DNA of 64,000 nucleotides from Veleropilina oligotropha (Eukaryota): NCBI GenBank assembly GCA_048128005.1, contig JBEUKZ010000074.1, positions 1 to 64,000 of the forward strand, read 5' to 3'. Shown piece by piece: positions 37,934 to 50,760 of this stretch (position 1 is its first letter; each line of letters starts with the position of its first letter). The notes under the pieces were generated by a model. It saw only the letters and a program-made list of their open reading frames with translations, ran no database searches and was not told where the DNA came from. The position numbers and the translations under genes were made by a program.

Positions 37934-38233
37934 ATGAATTCCCTCAAAAACAAACCGATCAACTGGGCTCACATTAAAGCCACTCATTGCTGTACCCAAC
38001 CAGGGAAGTCAATGTTTTGCCGTGGTGGCGTGCGTACGGTGCTCGCCACGCTAGAGGCACCATCATACCGATATGAGAACATTGATACTATAAAAATATA
38101 TCTGAGATTTGCGAGGCAAATTGGAATAAACAAGGGGCACATGGTCCACTGGTGCGTCGTTATATACTGCCGCAACCGTGACCGTATCGTGACGGCATAC
38201 CCAGTGGACCAACAAGAAGGTACACGTATTTAA
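37934..38233 (+). CDS. Hypothetical ~99-aa protein, toxin-RNase-like motif pattern
   Basis: HIxxxH...GKSxF...IG...VVIY...IVTAYP; the open frame begins at 37877 and a likely ATG is at 37934. Family assignment rests on motif recall only. Confidence 0.55.
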   Translation: MNSLKNKPINWAHIKATHCCTQPGKSMFCRGGVRTVLATLEAPSYRYENIDTIKIYLRFARQIGINKGHMVHWCVVIYCRNRDRIVTAYPVDQQEGTRI

Positions 38234-38889
38234 GGTGAGCAATCCGTGAATTTTAATAAATGTTTATGATAGTATGGATTAACCTTTTACAACGCTAACG
38301 ATTACGTAAATATGTAATGTTTTTACATTGTCTCTTTGACTAATGGCTAAATGCTAATACTTTCATTTTGTTTTCAGAATTCTACACAATATTTCGTGTG
38401 GCGCATGGTAAGCATACAAATAGATACACTTATGACAATGAATGTAACAATTGACCACATTCAAACTGTTAAAACAAATTAGTTATTACTGATTATATAA
38501 GTAATTGTCCGCATTATATTATACAGCGATGTAAATGTTTTTAAAATGATTGCCATTCATTCGAAAAGGGATTTTAAAATGTGTAATGCTGTCTTATATT
38601 TAAAATATCGTTATATTATAATAGTTCTTATAGCGCTCATGAAAAGATGTTCATATATAAATAAAGTTTATTATAGTAATGTCCTATCATAACGCTTACG
38701 TTTTTTTCTTTCAGGAACCTGTACATTAATTATATATTTATGACAATTTATTATATATTTATTCTGTATTATATATTTATTCTGTATTATACTTTGTTTA
38801 ATTATATAATGTTCGTAGTTTGTTGTTGTTGTTATTATTTCCAAAGGGGTTTATTACCTTACCAAGTACATAACAACATATAATCTTAC

Positions 38890-39004
38890 CTTGATGAAGA
38901 AATTGGTGAAGAAATTGTTGTGTTTTTGGATGTGAATTCTTGAAGTCTTCTTATCGGTTCGTGTTGGAAACTGCTAACGAATGAAGGTTTGTTACCTATT
39001 TATA
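38890..39004 (-). promoter_or_regulatory. Predicted polB promoter and non-coding leader exon
   Basis: Minus strand TATAAATA (39004-38997), Inr-like GCAGTT ~32 nt downstream, donor AAG|GTAAGA at 38890/38889; matching acceptor TTTTAATTTCAG|AACCATG at 36637/36636. Confidence 0.6.
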
Positions 39005-39387
39005 CCTAAATAAATTCTAAAAATAACCATGGTGTAATCTGCTGCGGTCAGCATAATGCTTAGATCAGCTTTAATTAACTGCGTAGTAGCATATTAATGA
39101 TGAGTAGACAGTATTGCGACTTGTTTGATCATGTTTCTAATACGTTTCATATACGTTTGTGAGATATATATAGACCGTTATAAACTGGGTGGTTTTGTAT
39201 TCATGTATGTTTGAAATACCTCAATATATGTTAGTTATTAAATGACCCATTTCCATGTACACAATAGTGCACCAAACTTCCGTTATGAAGACACATAAAA
39301 CCAGATTGAAACAAGATACGATTGCTTACTGCCTGCATTAATGCTAGTTCCATTTGGTGAAATGTGCCTGCTCTATATGTGTAATTA

Positions 39388-40288
39388 CAGTAAAACTCGC
39401 CTATATCGGATCCAAGTGTACCAGCAATTTTTATCCGATATACACATTATCCGATATGTAAATCTAGGTACGATTTACCCGGTATCGCATCGCAAAAAGC
39501 GATGCATTAATCGCTATTAGCGATACAATTGAAAATTGCATAGCAGTGTTTTGCGATGCATTATTTCCAAATTCAAAGTATACATTCTGTGATTGTGAAC
39601 CAATTTTAAGTATGAAATAACCATATATTATAATACTGTAATTGAATTTAGAATAATACTTATCTGTTTATTTATAAAGTATCATTTAATCCATTAAGTC
39701 GCCCGTTAACAGTGTCATTTTGTGTCATCGGAAAATCCCGTACGCCTTCGGTTTATGTCAACACGTGACTGACTGCATGGTTTCATGAAAAGTTGTCTCC
39801 TATGACCATTTCATATATAGCTACTGCCAATGAAACGACGGCGTTAGCCTCACGTGATCTATTTGACCATTCAAATAAACGCTTTGGTAGACGTTTGTCG
39901 CGCATCATACCAGTGATTAGCGATGTTTCGAGGCGTTTCATTGGTTTATCAGATATTTTCACTTAGCATGAACGATCTATTTCTGGATAGGGAATCCCAC
40001 AGTTTAATATGACACCAAACATGGCGGCCATTGTTATTGGAATGTCGAAATATCGGGAGCGCGACATCGGATCAGCCTCATCCGATATACGCATTGTTAT
40101 TTTAATGGAAATGCATTAGGGCGGGATAACAAATTCGATCCGAAATAGGCAATTATCCGATATATAAAATCCGTTATTGACGATGTTATTTTAATGGAAT
40201 AACGTTACAGGAAAATCGGGTCTTGTCAACTCATCCGATATGGGCGATTTTCCGATATAGGCGAGTCCGATATAGACGAGTTTTACTG
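39388..40288. mobile_element. Tc1/mariner (pogo/Tigger-like) MITE inside the Polinton
   Basis: TIR CAGTAAAACTCGCCTATATCGGA / TCCGATATAGACGAGTTTTACTG; TA TSD at 39386-39387 and 40289-40290; repeated TCCGATAT subterminal motifs. Confidence 0.9.
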
Positions 40289-40506
40289 TAGTTGTCAAAC
40301 ACATGACGGATATGAGAAACTTCATTATCACTACGTAACGATAGGTATGTATATAACCCACTCCTATATGTTTAGAACTGTCAAATTGTTAACAATCATC
40401 TGCGTGGCTATCGGCCCGAAAGCATGATTTGTGTGTTCTATGTTGTTATAAACTACCAATATATATATGTAAAGCACATCTCCCAAGTACATTACATTAT
40501 CCGTAG

Positions 40507-41926
40507 GCTCGAACCACCTGCGTGGTAAATTCTACTGTGATTTGTGTGTTCTATGTTGTTATAGGCTTAAAACTGCCAATATATATATGTAAAGCACATC
40601 TTCCAAGTACAGTACATTATCCGTAGGTTCGAACCACCTGCGTGGTAAATTCTACTGTGATTTGTGTGTTCTATGTTGTTATAGGCTTAAAACTGCCAAT
40701 ATATATATGTAAAGCACATCTTCCAAGTACAGTACATTATCTGTAGGTTCGAACCACCTGTGTGGCTACCGGTCCATAACTAATATGCAGACGTCATCAG
40801 TTTCTATTAATAGATTGAGGTGTTTTCCAACTACGTCACAAATACGTCACCGGTACGTGCACATTACAGCCTGTATACATCGTCATTTTGATCAATACTT
40901 GTTCAGACGTGTCTTTTACGTTTCGATACAACCGTGGGTTAGAACCATCTGGCTATCTGATGGTGGTTTTGTGGACATCAGATACTGCTAGCATCCGTTC
41001 TTACATACCAGTTTCAAATTAGCATCCTGTAAAACATGGTGCTTTGTATATATCAGTTTAATTGTTCTCAAAACTTGACACATGGGATTCGAACCCATTG
41101 AGATATGGTTAATGCTGTATGTATCTGTGTATATGCCGTAGTTCAAACAATACAATATATATTAGGTTTTAACAACCGTGGGTTCGAACCACCTGCGTGG
41201 CTACCATACGTGGTTTGTTGTTATAGGCTTAAAACTGACCCAATCAAGTTTATACGTATATCCGATATTATTGCGAGAATGCGCCGGATATCACGTTTCC
41301 TGTAGTAGAAGCTAGTCGCCTGCTGTACTATTACTGCCACAAGATATCACATTTCCTATAGTAAATAGCCATGTGTTGACATGTTTAGTTGACAAGATTT
41401 GGAAGATGGGGAAGTTCTATTGCGCATATTAGGTATTTCCTACTACGTCACAAATACGTCACAGGTACGTGCCCATTACATGGGTACCTCGTCCTATAGG
41501 GCACCGAATGGGTCTACCCATGTACAGGTAATATATCATAGGTGTATACAATACTACCTCGTCATATAGGGCACCGAATGGGTCTACCCATGTAATATAT
41601 CATAGGTGTACCTCGTCATATAGGGCACCGAATGGGTATCCCTAGTGTACAGGTAATATCGCAACAGATCCCTAGAGGGGGGAGCGGCTGGCACCAGACC
41701 CTACACAGGTATACCCAGGTATGACTCATCTGAGGCTATAATTATCTAGTACACAGATTACCCATAAACACATGTATGACTCATCTGATGCTATAATTAT
41801 CTAGTATACAACATAGATATGACGTCATACCTATACATAGTATACCTAACTACGTCACAGGTATTGCAACACACCTTGAAACATAGGTATGAGGTCATTT
41901 GACGCCAACGAGACATATATACTACT
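40507..41926 (-). repeat. Polinton right TIR
   Basis: Reverse complement of 14148-15570; ends in ACTACT. Confidence 0.95.
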
Positions 41927-42182
41927 ATAAAGCATCAGAATCAGAACAAATTTGTCCGCTTTGTTTATGGTAACAATTATTAACACGTTTTCATAATAAT
42001 TTTGTAAAAATGCAACGTTAAGATGTTAATTCCCATATAAAATGATTTCGAAGCGAAGGCAAGATGAACGAACTGAAATCGATACCTAACAGTTGCATTG
42101 CGAAAATTACATTGCAAACTGCTACATTGAATTTTGTATGTATCGGGAATTAAACGATCTTACCTGGATATCTGGATATCTA

Positions 42183-43010
42183 ATATGGCCATGTCCTCTT
42201 ACTGGCCCCTCAACGCTTTTGTCACCACATCGTCCTCACTCATACTCAAGACGTGTCCGTACGATCTCATCTTTCTTATTACATTATCCTGCACATTTGT
42301 CACCCTCGTTCAGATTCGCACCTCTTCGTTTCAGATTTTATCTCGCAGCGTCACTTCCAAAATTCTTCTCAGAATACGCATCTCCGTCAACTCCATTCTC
42401 CTCTCATCCGTCTTCGTCAGTGCTCATCACGCCGCCCCATACGTCATATTCATCATTATCTTATAAATCTTAGCTTTCCACTTGATCGGCATCCTCCTAT
42501 TACTCAACACTCTACTCATCCAGTTTGGGCCGCTTCGGCAGCGCAGTGGGTAGAGTGTCCACTCTAAATCCACTGGCTTGATTCCGCTAATGCGAACAGT
42601 AGTGGGTTCAATACCTGGCTGAGGCATTGAAATTTGTTCAAGTTATGAATCACAGTTTTCCGTGACTGGCCGAAGAGGGCGGGTTTACCCGGGCGACCGG
42701 GGTTTCCTCCCGCGATAACACGGACATGTCCTGCCTTGAACCTCGATGTTGTAAATATACAGGATATTAAGCATCATTCCTCCTCCTCCTCATCCAGCTT
42801 GCATTAATTCCGTCCTGAACACCCTTCTCACACACCCTCCTTCACACATGGTTGATCCCAAGTACTTGAAAATTTCTACCCTCTGTCCATCTGTTCTACT
42901 ACACACTAACGTCTCTGACTTTTTCGAGTTCACCTTTAGTCCAAACCTATCCAGACTTGTTTGCTAACTCAGCAACCATTCTTGCAACTGGTGCCCGCTG
43001 TCTGCCAAAT
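42183..43010 (-). pseudogene. RTE-clade LINE RT 3' fragment, interrupted by an S1 SINE
   Basis: Minus-strand GLKVNSKKSE...FKYLGS...MPIKWKAKIYK...MTYG...EMRILR. Confidence 0.75.
42527..42788 (+). mobile_element. tRNA-derived SINE family S1 with a V-domain-like core
   Basis: A-box-like GGCAGCGCAGTGG, B-box GGTTCAATACC, core GCGGGTTTACCCGGGCGACCGGGGTTTCCTCCC, (TCC)n tail; TSD CTCATCCAGTTT/CTCATCCAGCTT. Confidence 0.85.
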
Positions 43011-43775
43011 TTAAGTTGCACACACTATAAACGACAGCTACATTGCTCACATGTACTCATACATTGCAGAATATAAATTGGCAGTTGATGTATTTTAAAA
43101 ATATAACTCTAATCTGAAGGGCATATGTCTGGATTCCGCAAAAGAAATAGAGGTGGCCTGCCTCGAGATAAACAAAACCAAGAGAGCTAAACATGATACA
43201 TTTGCCAGTTAAAATCTGTTGCATGGTTTGGCCACTGCTGATGTTCAGAATACTTTAAAAGTTTGGGCAGGCAATGTTCAGTTTTGTTTTGAATAATGAC
43301 ATTCATCGAGTGGGAACAATTCTGGCCTTCATCACAGCATCTCACTCATCTGACCTGATGCTTCATTGTGAAGCAGAACAATACCTTAACAAACTGTTTT
43401 TGCGATGGATAGGATAAAGTACAAATGGCTCTGCTCATATGCTATATTTCGGATATATATGACCTCAGGTCTAACTAGCCAGACACTTCGCTCTCAGAAC
43501 AAACTACAAGCAACAGTAATCTTCTCTTTGAAAATAGCAAACATGCAAAATCAGACACACTTATGATCTGGATAGAAGTGTTAGCAACAAGACGTGCTTC
43601 TCAAAATGCGCATCGCATTTATTTCTTTCCCAACACGGACGTGATATTGTCTGTTATGATATTTTCACAAGAAACACGTGCATCTCTATGGTATCATGGG
43701 TGGCTCTAATTCAGTCAATCTAGAGAGCTTTGAGCTGCAATGCAACAAATAATTATAAGGCTTTAATGCTTTTAC

Positions 43776-44052
43776 AGGTCGATTCGACAGTCGTGTGGTA
43801 TCGGTTGTGGACTCCGAAAATCACTGACTTTATTCCGCTGACGCGAACAGTAGTGGGTTCAAACCTAGACTGGGACATCACACATTTGTTCAAGTTATGA
43901 ATCACAGTTGTCCGTGACTGGTCGGAGAGGGCGGGTTTACCCGGGCGACCGGGCTTTCCTCCCGTGATAATATGGACATGTTCTGCTTTGAACCAAATGA
44001 TGGTTGGAAATATACAGGTTATTAAGCATCGGTCCTCTCCTTTCCTTCTTTT
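43776..44052 (+). mobile_element. SINE family S1 copy
   Basis: Colinear with the 42527 copy and the reverse complement of 11054-11311. Confidence 0.85.
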
Positions 44053-45288
44053 ACAAGAGCAGACACTGGACATTGCTGTCGAATAGGCAATGTCATATTC
44101 GTCTTGAGTTATATCTGAAGACGACTGTCAAGTTAGCAAGGCCCTATAAGAGCTTAGTGATATTGCGGACGTGACAGAGGAATATCTGGTCACACTTGCG
44201 ACATTTGTATGTGCCGTATACTATTCAAGACGAAACCATATCAATAACATACAGTACCTGAAGTGCAGTGGCATCTATTTTACAATTATATGTCGGAGAA
44301 TGATTGGTTCCCTCCTACAGTAGACAGGCTAGCATTATGGGAACAAGCCAGCATACCACAACAAGAATTCTTAGATCTACTACTAAATGAATATTATCGT
44401 GACAGATGGTCCGCTATGGCCCATTACACCAGATTCACCCCCCATATCCACCGGCTTCTAATGTAATATTTGAAATGGAAAGATGCAGGTTGGAGTGTTC
44501 ATAATATTGATGTCTCTAAAGAAAATGCTGTAATTTTTCACTAATTCGGCTTTGCAAGTACAATATATAAGACTAAATATTTAATACTCAATATTTATCA
44601 GCAAATTCCTTAGTTCAAAGCGAAAGAAACCAAACAGAGTATGCAAGACGGAATACGCTTTATAATTATATTATACCTGCTATCTCCTTGGAGGCGCTCG
44701 AACACATTACCATGTATAAGAAACCTGAAGGAACAGTTTAAGATGCATGGTCCAACAGGCCACAATATGACCTGCAGAATTTCATATATTTGTTGGTATA
44801 GTTTTTCCTATATCTTGTAGAATGTGAAGGTTTCAAAATGGCCACCCATCATTGATAAATGTACCCGTACTTATGCACTGGGGAAAATATCAATACTCAA
44901 TGAGCTATATTAAATGGCTTGGCTGTTAAGAGTCTGTTTTGCCTAAATATATACATTTATGTGTTATAAAAGGTGGAGATGACAACAATGGATTTTGTAT
45001 AGCCGACCTTGTAAATCCAATATGGCTGCCTATATCCTTAAGGGGGCTCGAAGTCATTATACCATGTACGCCTACATTTATAGCAAGGAACAGTATAAGC
45101 TGTAGTATGTATCAAAAGGCCACAGTGTAGTCTGCAGCATTTCATATCATTGATGGTGACTTTATGCTGTATCTCGTGTTTGCTTCAAAATGGCCGCCAA
45201 TCATTGAAAAACTTGAACTCCCCAGAGTATACATTTTTCAAAAATATATAGGTTTGCAAAATGTTTTTTATGACATAGTGAACCTGAC

Positions 45289-46233
<945 letters not shown>

Positions 46234-47291
46234 CAAGTATTTTCCCATAATCAGGGAATTTGTCATTTTAGTCATTAGCCCGAAACATAATTACACAGTA
46301 GTCGTACATCATTTAATGAGGCCAGCGCTGTTTTTCCACTTATTATGGCGACCTTATGGGTAATGTTTGGAATCTGTCGCCCAGTGCATACCTCCCCGCG
46401 TTGATAGCTGTTAAATGCATGTAATTAATTGTTTATTATTAGCACATATCTTTCATATCTGCTGGACTAGATATTGTGGAGAATCATGGTAAGTCAACAC
46501 GTAGTTACCTTACTTAATAGTTGCATCATGTTTAAATGTTATACAGGAAATTGCTTTTAAAAATGCACAATATTTTCACGCTATCATTTAATTGAGTAGT
46601 GGAAATGAGATTATTTATGAAATTGTTAACCACTGACAAGATGTTTGCCGCACGTAATCGCTAAATTAACACAATATGCACATAACAAAACATGCTAAAA
46701 TAACATGATAAAATAACAACATGCTAAAATAACACAACATACACATAACACAACATGCAATTTTGCAAATCTGCTACCATTATTTTGTGGTGTATTGTTC
46801 GTGTTAATGTGAGCTGAATAACCTGCCGCTGATTGTCTTGTCAATTTTTATAATGCATGCCAGCATCAGCTATAGGCAGCAAATTGAACTCTTTTTGTGT
46901 TCTGTAGAATTCTGATTCGCGAACTTCAAATTGTTAACCGTTGTGCCCATAAATAGGTATACGTATACGTATATATACATGGTTCGGTTCATAATTATAA
47001 AAAATCGATAACATATATTGTGAAATTTGAAAACAAATTGTAATTTACTATATGATTATCAACATATGGCTTGACAGTCTCTGTGCTAGATTTGCTCTGG
47101 TAATAAAGTTATCACTTGGTTATATTGTATTCATATAGCTTATCTATTGTACGTTCTTCTCATAAGCTGTGTGTATTTAATCATCAAATGTTGTTCGTCC
47201 AATGGTAGCCTAAACGCAGTTTGTCATTAAAGCCACCTTAAAGCCACCGTAATTGAAACTTCACCAATCAAAGCTCTTGCTCTCCTTTTCT

Positions 47292-47550
47292 GGCCGGTCC
47301 GGCAGTCGTGTGGTATCGAATGCTGACTCCGAAATTTCACTAACTAACAGGAGTTGGTTCGAATCTCGGTTTGAGCATTAACATTCCTTGTTCAGTTATC
47401 AATCGTGGTTGTCCGTAGCTGACCAGAGAGAGCGGGTTTCCCCGGGCAATCGGGCTTTCCACCCGCTAGATAATATGGACATGTCCTGCCTTGAATCAGT
47501 TTGTTGTAAATATACAGGACATTAAGCATCAATCCATTCACTTCTTTCCC
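47292..47550 (+). mobile_element. SINE family S1 copy (diverged)
   Basis: GGTTCGAATCTC B-box, GCGGGTTTCCCCGGGCAATCGGGCTTTCC core, AAATATACAGGACATTAAGCATC 3' end. Confidence 0.8.
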
Positions 47551-47638
47551 CCATACGCTGTGTGGCAGATCCCGATAGCCATATACTTTGTGTCTGATCA
47601 TCGTTGGTTTGTCTCCTGGCGTGTCCAGTGTATGCCCT

Positions 47639-49017
47639 GGGGATAGGCTCAGTTGAGTGGTTTAGGTCATATCTGGAGGATAGAAAACAAACAGTTGATA
47701 TAAATGGCGAGAAATCAGACTTGATGTCTATATCATGTGGTGTACCACAAGGTAGCATATTAGGACCACTGCTCTTTCTCTGTTATATTAATGATATGTC
47801 AATTAGTGTAAATTGCAAACTACTATTATATGCTGACGATAGCGCACTGTTGTTTTCTCACAAAGATCAGCAACTTATTTCTCATACACTTAGCAATGAA
47901 CTTGCATCTTGTAAGGAATGGTTAATAGACAATAAGTTATCATTGCATTTGGGCAAAACAGAAACCATCCTATTTGGCTCAAAAAGAAAACTGAAAAAAA
48001 TCAAAGAATTTTCTGTCATCTGTGATAATACTGAAATCAAGTCAGTAAATTCAGTAAAATATCTTGGAGTCAATCTCGACCAATCATTATCTGGAGTAGA
48101 AACTATTAATAACATAATAAAAAAAACAAATTCTAGATTGAAATTTTTATATCGAAATGCACATTGCTTGAATGAAACATCCCGAAAGACTCTCTGTTAT
48201 GCCCTAATACAAAGTCAGTTTGATTACTGTTGCTCTGCCTGGTTTTCTGGCACATCAACCTACTGCAAACAAAAACTACAAATCATGCAGAATAAGATGA
48301 TAAGATACATATCTGGGTTAGACTCCAGATCACATGTGGGACAATCACAACTTGAATCTGTTGACATGTTAAATGTCAAAAACAGAATCCAACAGTTGAA
48401 ACTGAATCATGTATTCAAAATAACCCATAATCTTTCTCCTCAATATCTTCATTCAAACTTCATCAGAATTAAAGATTCTCACCAACACCACACAAGAAAC
48501 TCAATATTAAATTATGTTACACCATGTATTCGAAGTCCAGCCCATCAGTCATTTTATTATACTGCCATTCAAAGTTGGAATTCTCTACCAAATATTGTTA
48601 AACAAATTAATACTTTTACCACCTTCAAATATGAAGTTAAAAAATATTTGAAGACGGTATCAATAATTATTTAACAAGACGGCAATAACATATTTCAAAA
48701 ATACACCAATTTTCAAACTAATGTATTATTTTATTACTGTGATAGCAATAACCTACATTATAATGCATCAATATTTTAAGCTACCTGTATTATCTTTTTA
48801 TTGTTATAGCAATAATCTATTCTAAAATGCTTCAATATATTAAGCTATTAGTATTATTTATTATTATGATGTATTGTATTGTTATGTCTTTGTATTTATG
48901 TGTAAGGACCCCAATGGAAATAAGCTCTCGAGCTTTCTTGGGTTATCCTGATAGAATTAAGTGTAAGTGTATATGCCTTTCTTTTATCAAATAAATAAAC
49001 AAAACAAAACAAACAAA
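47639..49017 (+). mobile_element. 5'-truncated CR1/L2-group LINE (RT C-half, ORF ends 48674)
   Basis: WFRSYL, GVPQGSILGPLLF, YADD, KYLG; AATAAA + (AAAC)n tail; possible TSD CCCT at 47635-47638 and 49018-49021. Confidence 0.9.
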
Positions 49018-49359
49018 CCCTTCATCGTACAGTGTTTCCCGTTCCTCATTAGCGTGCACTGGGCGTCTGCGCATCTTTGACATGTGCGGTGTGTCAGGTC
49101 GTCATAGATATGTACATTTTAATTTGATTTGATCGTGGCCATATTGCTCGTCAAGTGCACTCTTCAAGATTGTATTCGTCACCGCCATCTAGAATCTGGC
49201 TCATCGTATTCCAACCAGACAAACACGATGACATCGACATGCGTGTCTGCTCCGCGTTCACATGTGCAGTGTGCATGCTCATTGTTGACGTGTAATGTGA
49301 GTCTGTCTGCTCCGCATTCACATAGGAGGTGTGTCTTTGCCTTGGTGACGTGTATGGTG

Positions 49360-50760
49360 TGTCTGCTCCTCTTGACGTTTACGATGTGTCTGCTCCTCGT
49401 TGAGGTGTACTATGCGTCTGCTGACGTGTACTGTGTGTCTGCTGACGCGTACTGTGCGTCTGCTGACGTGTACTGTGCGTCTGCTGACGTGTACTGTGCG
49501 TCTGCTGACGTGTACTGTGTGTCTGCTGACGTGTACTGTGCGTCTGCTGACGTGTACTGTGTGTCTGCTGACGTGTACTGTGCGTCTGCTGACGTGTACT
49601 GTGCGTCTGCTGACGTGTACTGTGTGTCTGCTGACGTGTACTGTGCGTCTGCTGACGTGTACTGTGCGTCTGCTGACGTGTACTGTGTGTCTGCTCAACA
49701 TGACGTGTAGGATGTGTTTGCTCCTTGTTGACTTGTAATGTAAGCGTGCTTGCTTCGTAATCAAATGTACGGTGTGTCTGCTCCTCATGACGTGTACGGT
49801 GTGTCTGTTTCTCATAACGTGTACGATGAGTCTGCTCCTTATTGACGTGTACGGAGCGTCTGGTCGTCATGACGTGTACGGTGTGTCTGCTCCTTATTGA
49901 CGTGTACGATGTGTCTGTTTCTCATGACGTGTACGATGAGTCTGCTCCTTATTAACGTGTACGATGTGTCTGGTCGTCATAACGTGTACGGTGTGTCTGC
50001 TCCATATGATGCGTACGGAATGTCTGCTCCTTGGCATTCACATGCACCCCATGACGTGTACGGTGTCTGCTCCTCATGACGTGTACACTGTGTCTGTTCC
50101 TCATGACGTGTACAGTGTGTCTGTTCCTCATGACGTGTACGATGAGTCTGTTCCTCGTGACGTGTACAGTGTGTCTGTTCCTCATGACGTGTACGGTGTG
50201 TCTGTTCCTACTGACGTGTACGATGCGACTGTTTCTCAGGACGTGTACCGGGTGTCTGCTTCTCATGACGTGTACCGTGTGTCTGCTCCTCATGACGTGT
50301 GCGGTGTGTCGGCTCCTCACGACGTGTACGGCGTGTCCGCTCCTCTTGACGTGCATAGTGTGTCTGTTCCCCATGACGTGTACCGTGTGTCTGCTCCTCA
50401 TGACGTGTGCGGTGTGTCGGCTCCTCACGACGTGTACGGCGTGTCCGCTCCTCTTGACGTGCATAGTGTGTCTGTTCCCCATGACGTGTACCGTGTGTCT
50501 GCTCCTCATGACGTGTGCGGTGTGTCGGCTCCTCACGACGTGTACGGCGTGTCCGCTCCTCTTGACGTGCATAGTGTGTCTGCTCCTCATGACGTGTACC
50601 GTGTATCTGTTCCCCATGACGTGTGCTGTGTGTCTGCTCCTCATGACGTGTACGGTGTATCTGTTCCCCATGACATGTGCTGTGTGTCTGCTCCTCATGA
50701 CATGCACGGTGTGTCTGCTCCATATGATGCGTACGGAATGTCTGCTCCTTGTTAACGGGT
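49360..50760. repeat. Compound minisatellite: 21-bp array (~49410-49695) and 27-bp array (~49770-50750)
   Basis: Units GTGTCTGCTGACGTGTACTGT and GTGTCTGCTCCTCATGACGTGTACGGT. Confidence 0.95.

Larger units (their letters stand above)
14148..41926 (+). mobile_element. Full-length Polinton/Maverick (endogenous adintovirus-like element), decayed, with nested insertions
   Basis: AGTAGT/ACTACT termini; ~1.42-kb TIRs; TSD ATAAAT (14142-14147) / ATAAAG (41927-41932); integrase, capsid, ATPase and pPolB genes. Confidence 0.97.

Noticed and set aside
38130..38200. HW motif as a remnant of the adenain protease
   Set aside because: No following FDS or Q...CG motifs; the surrounding pattern fits a different fold.
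43100..44470. Possible decayed transposase or host exons (including ORF 44263-44466)
   Set aside because: No motif or splice structure I can support.
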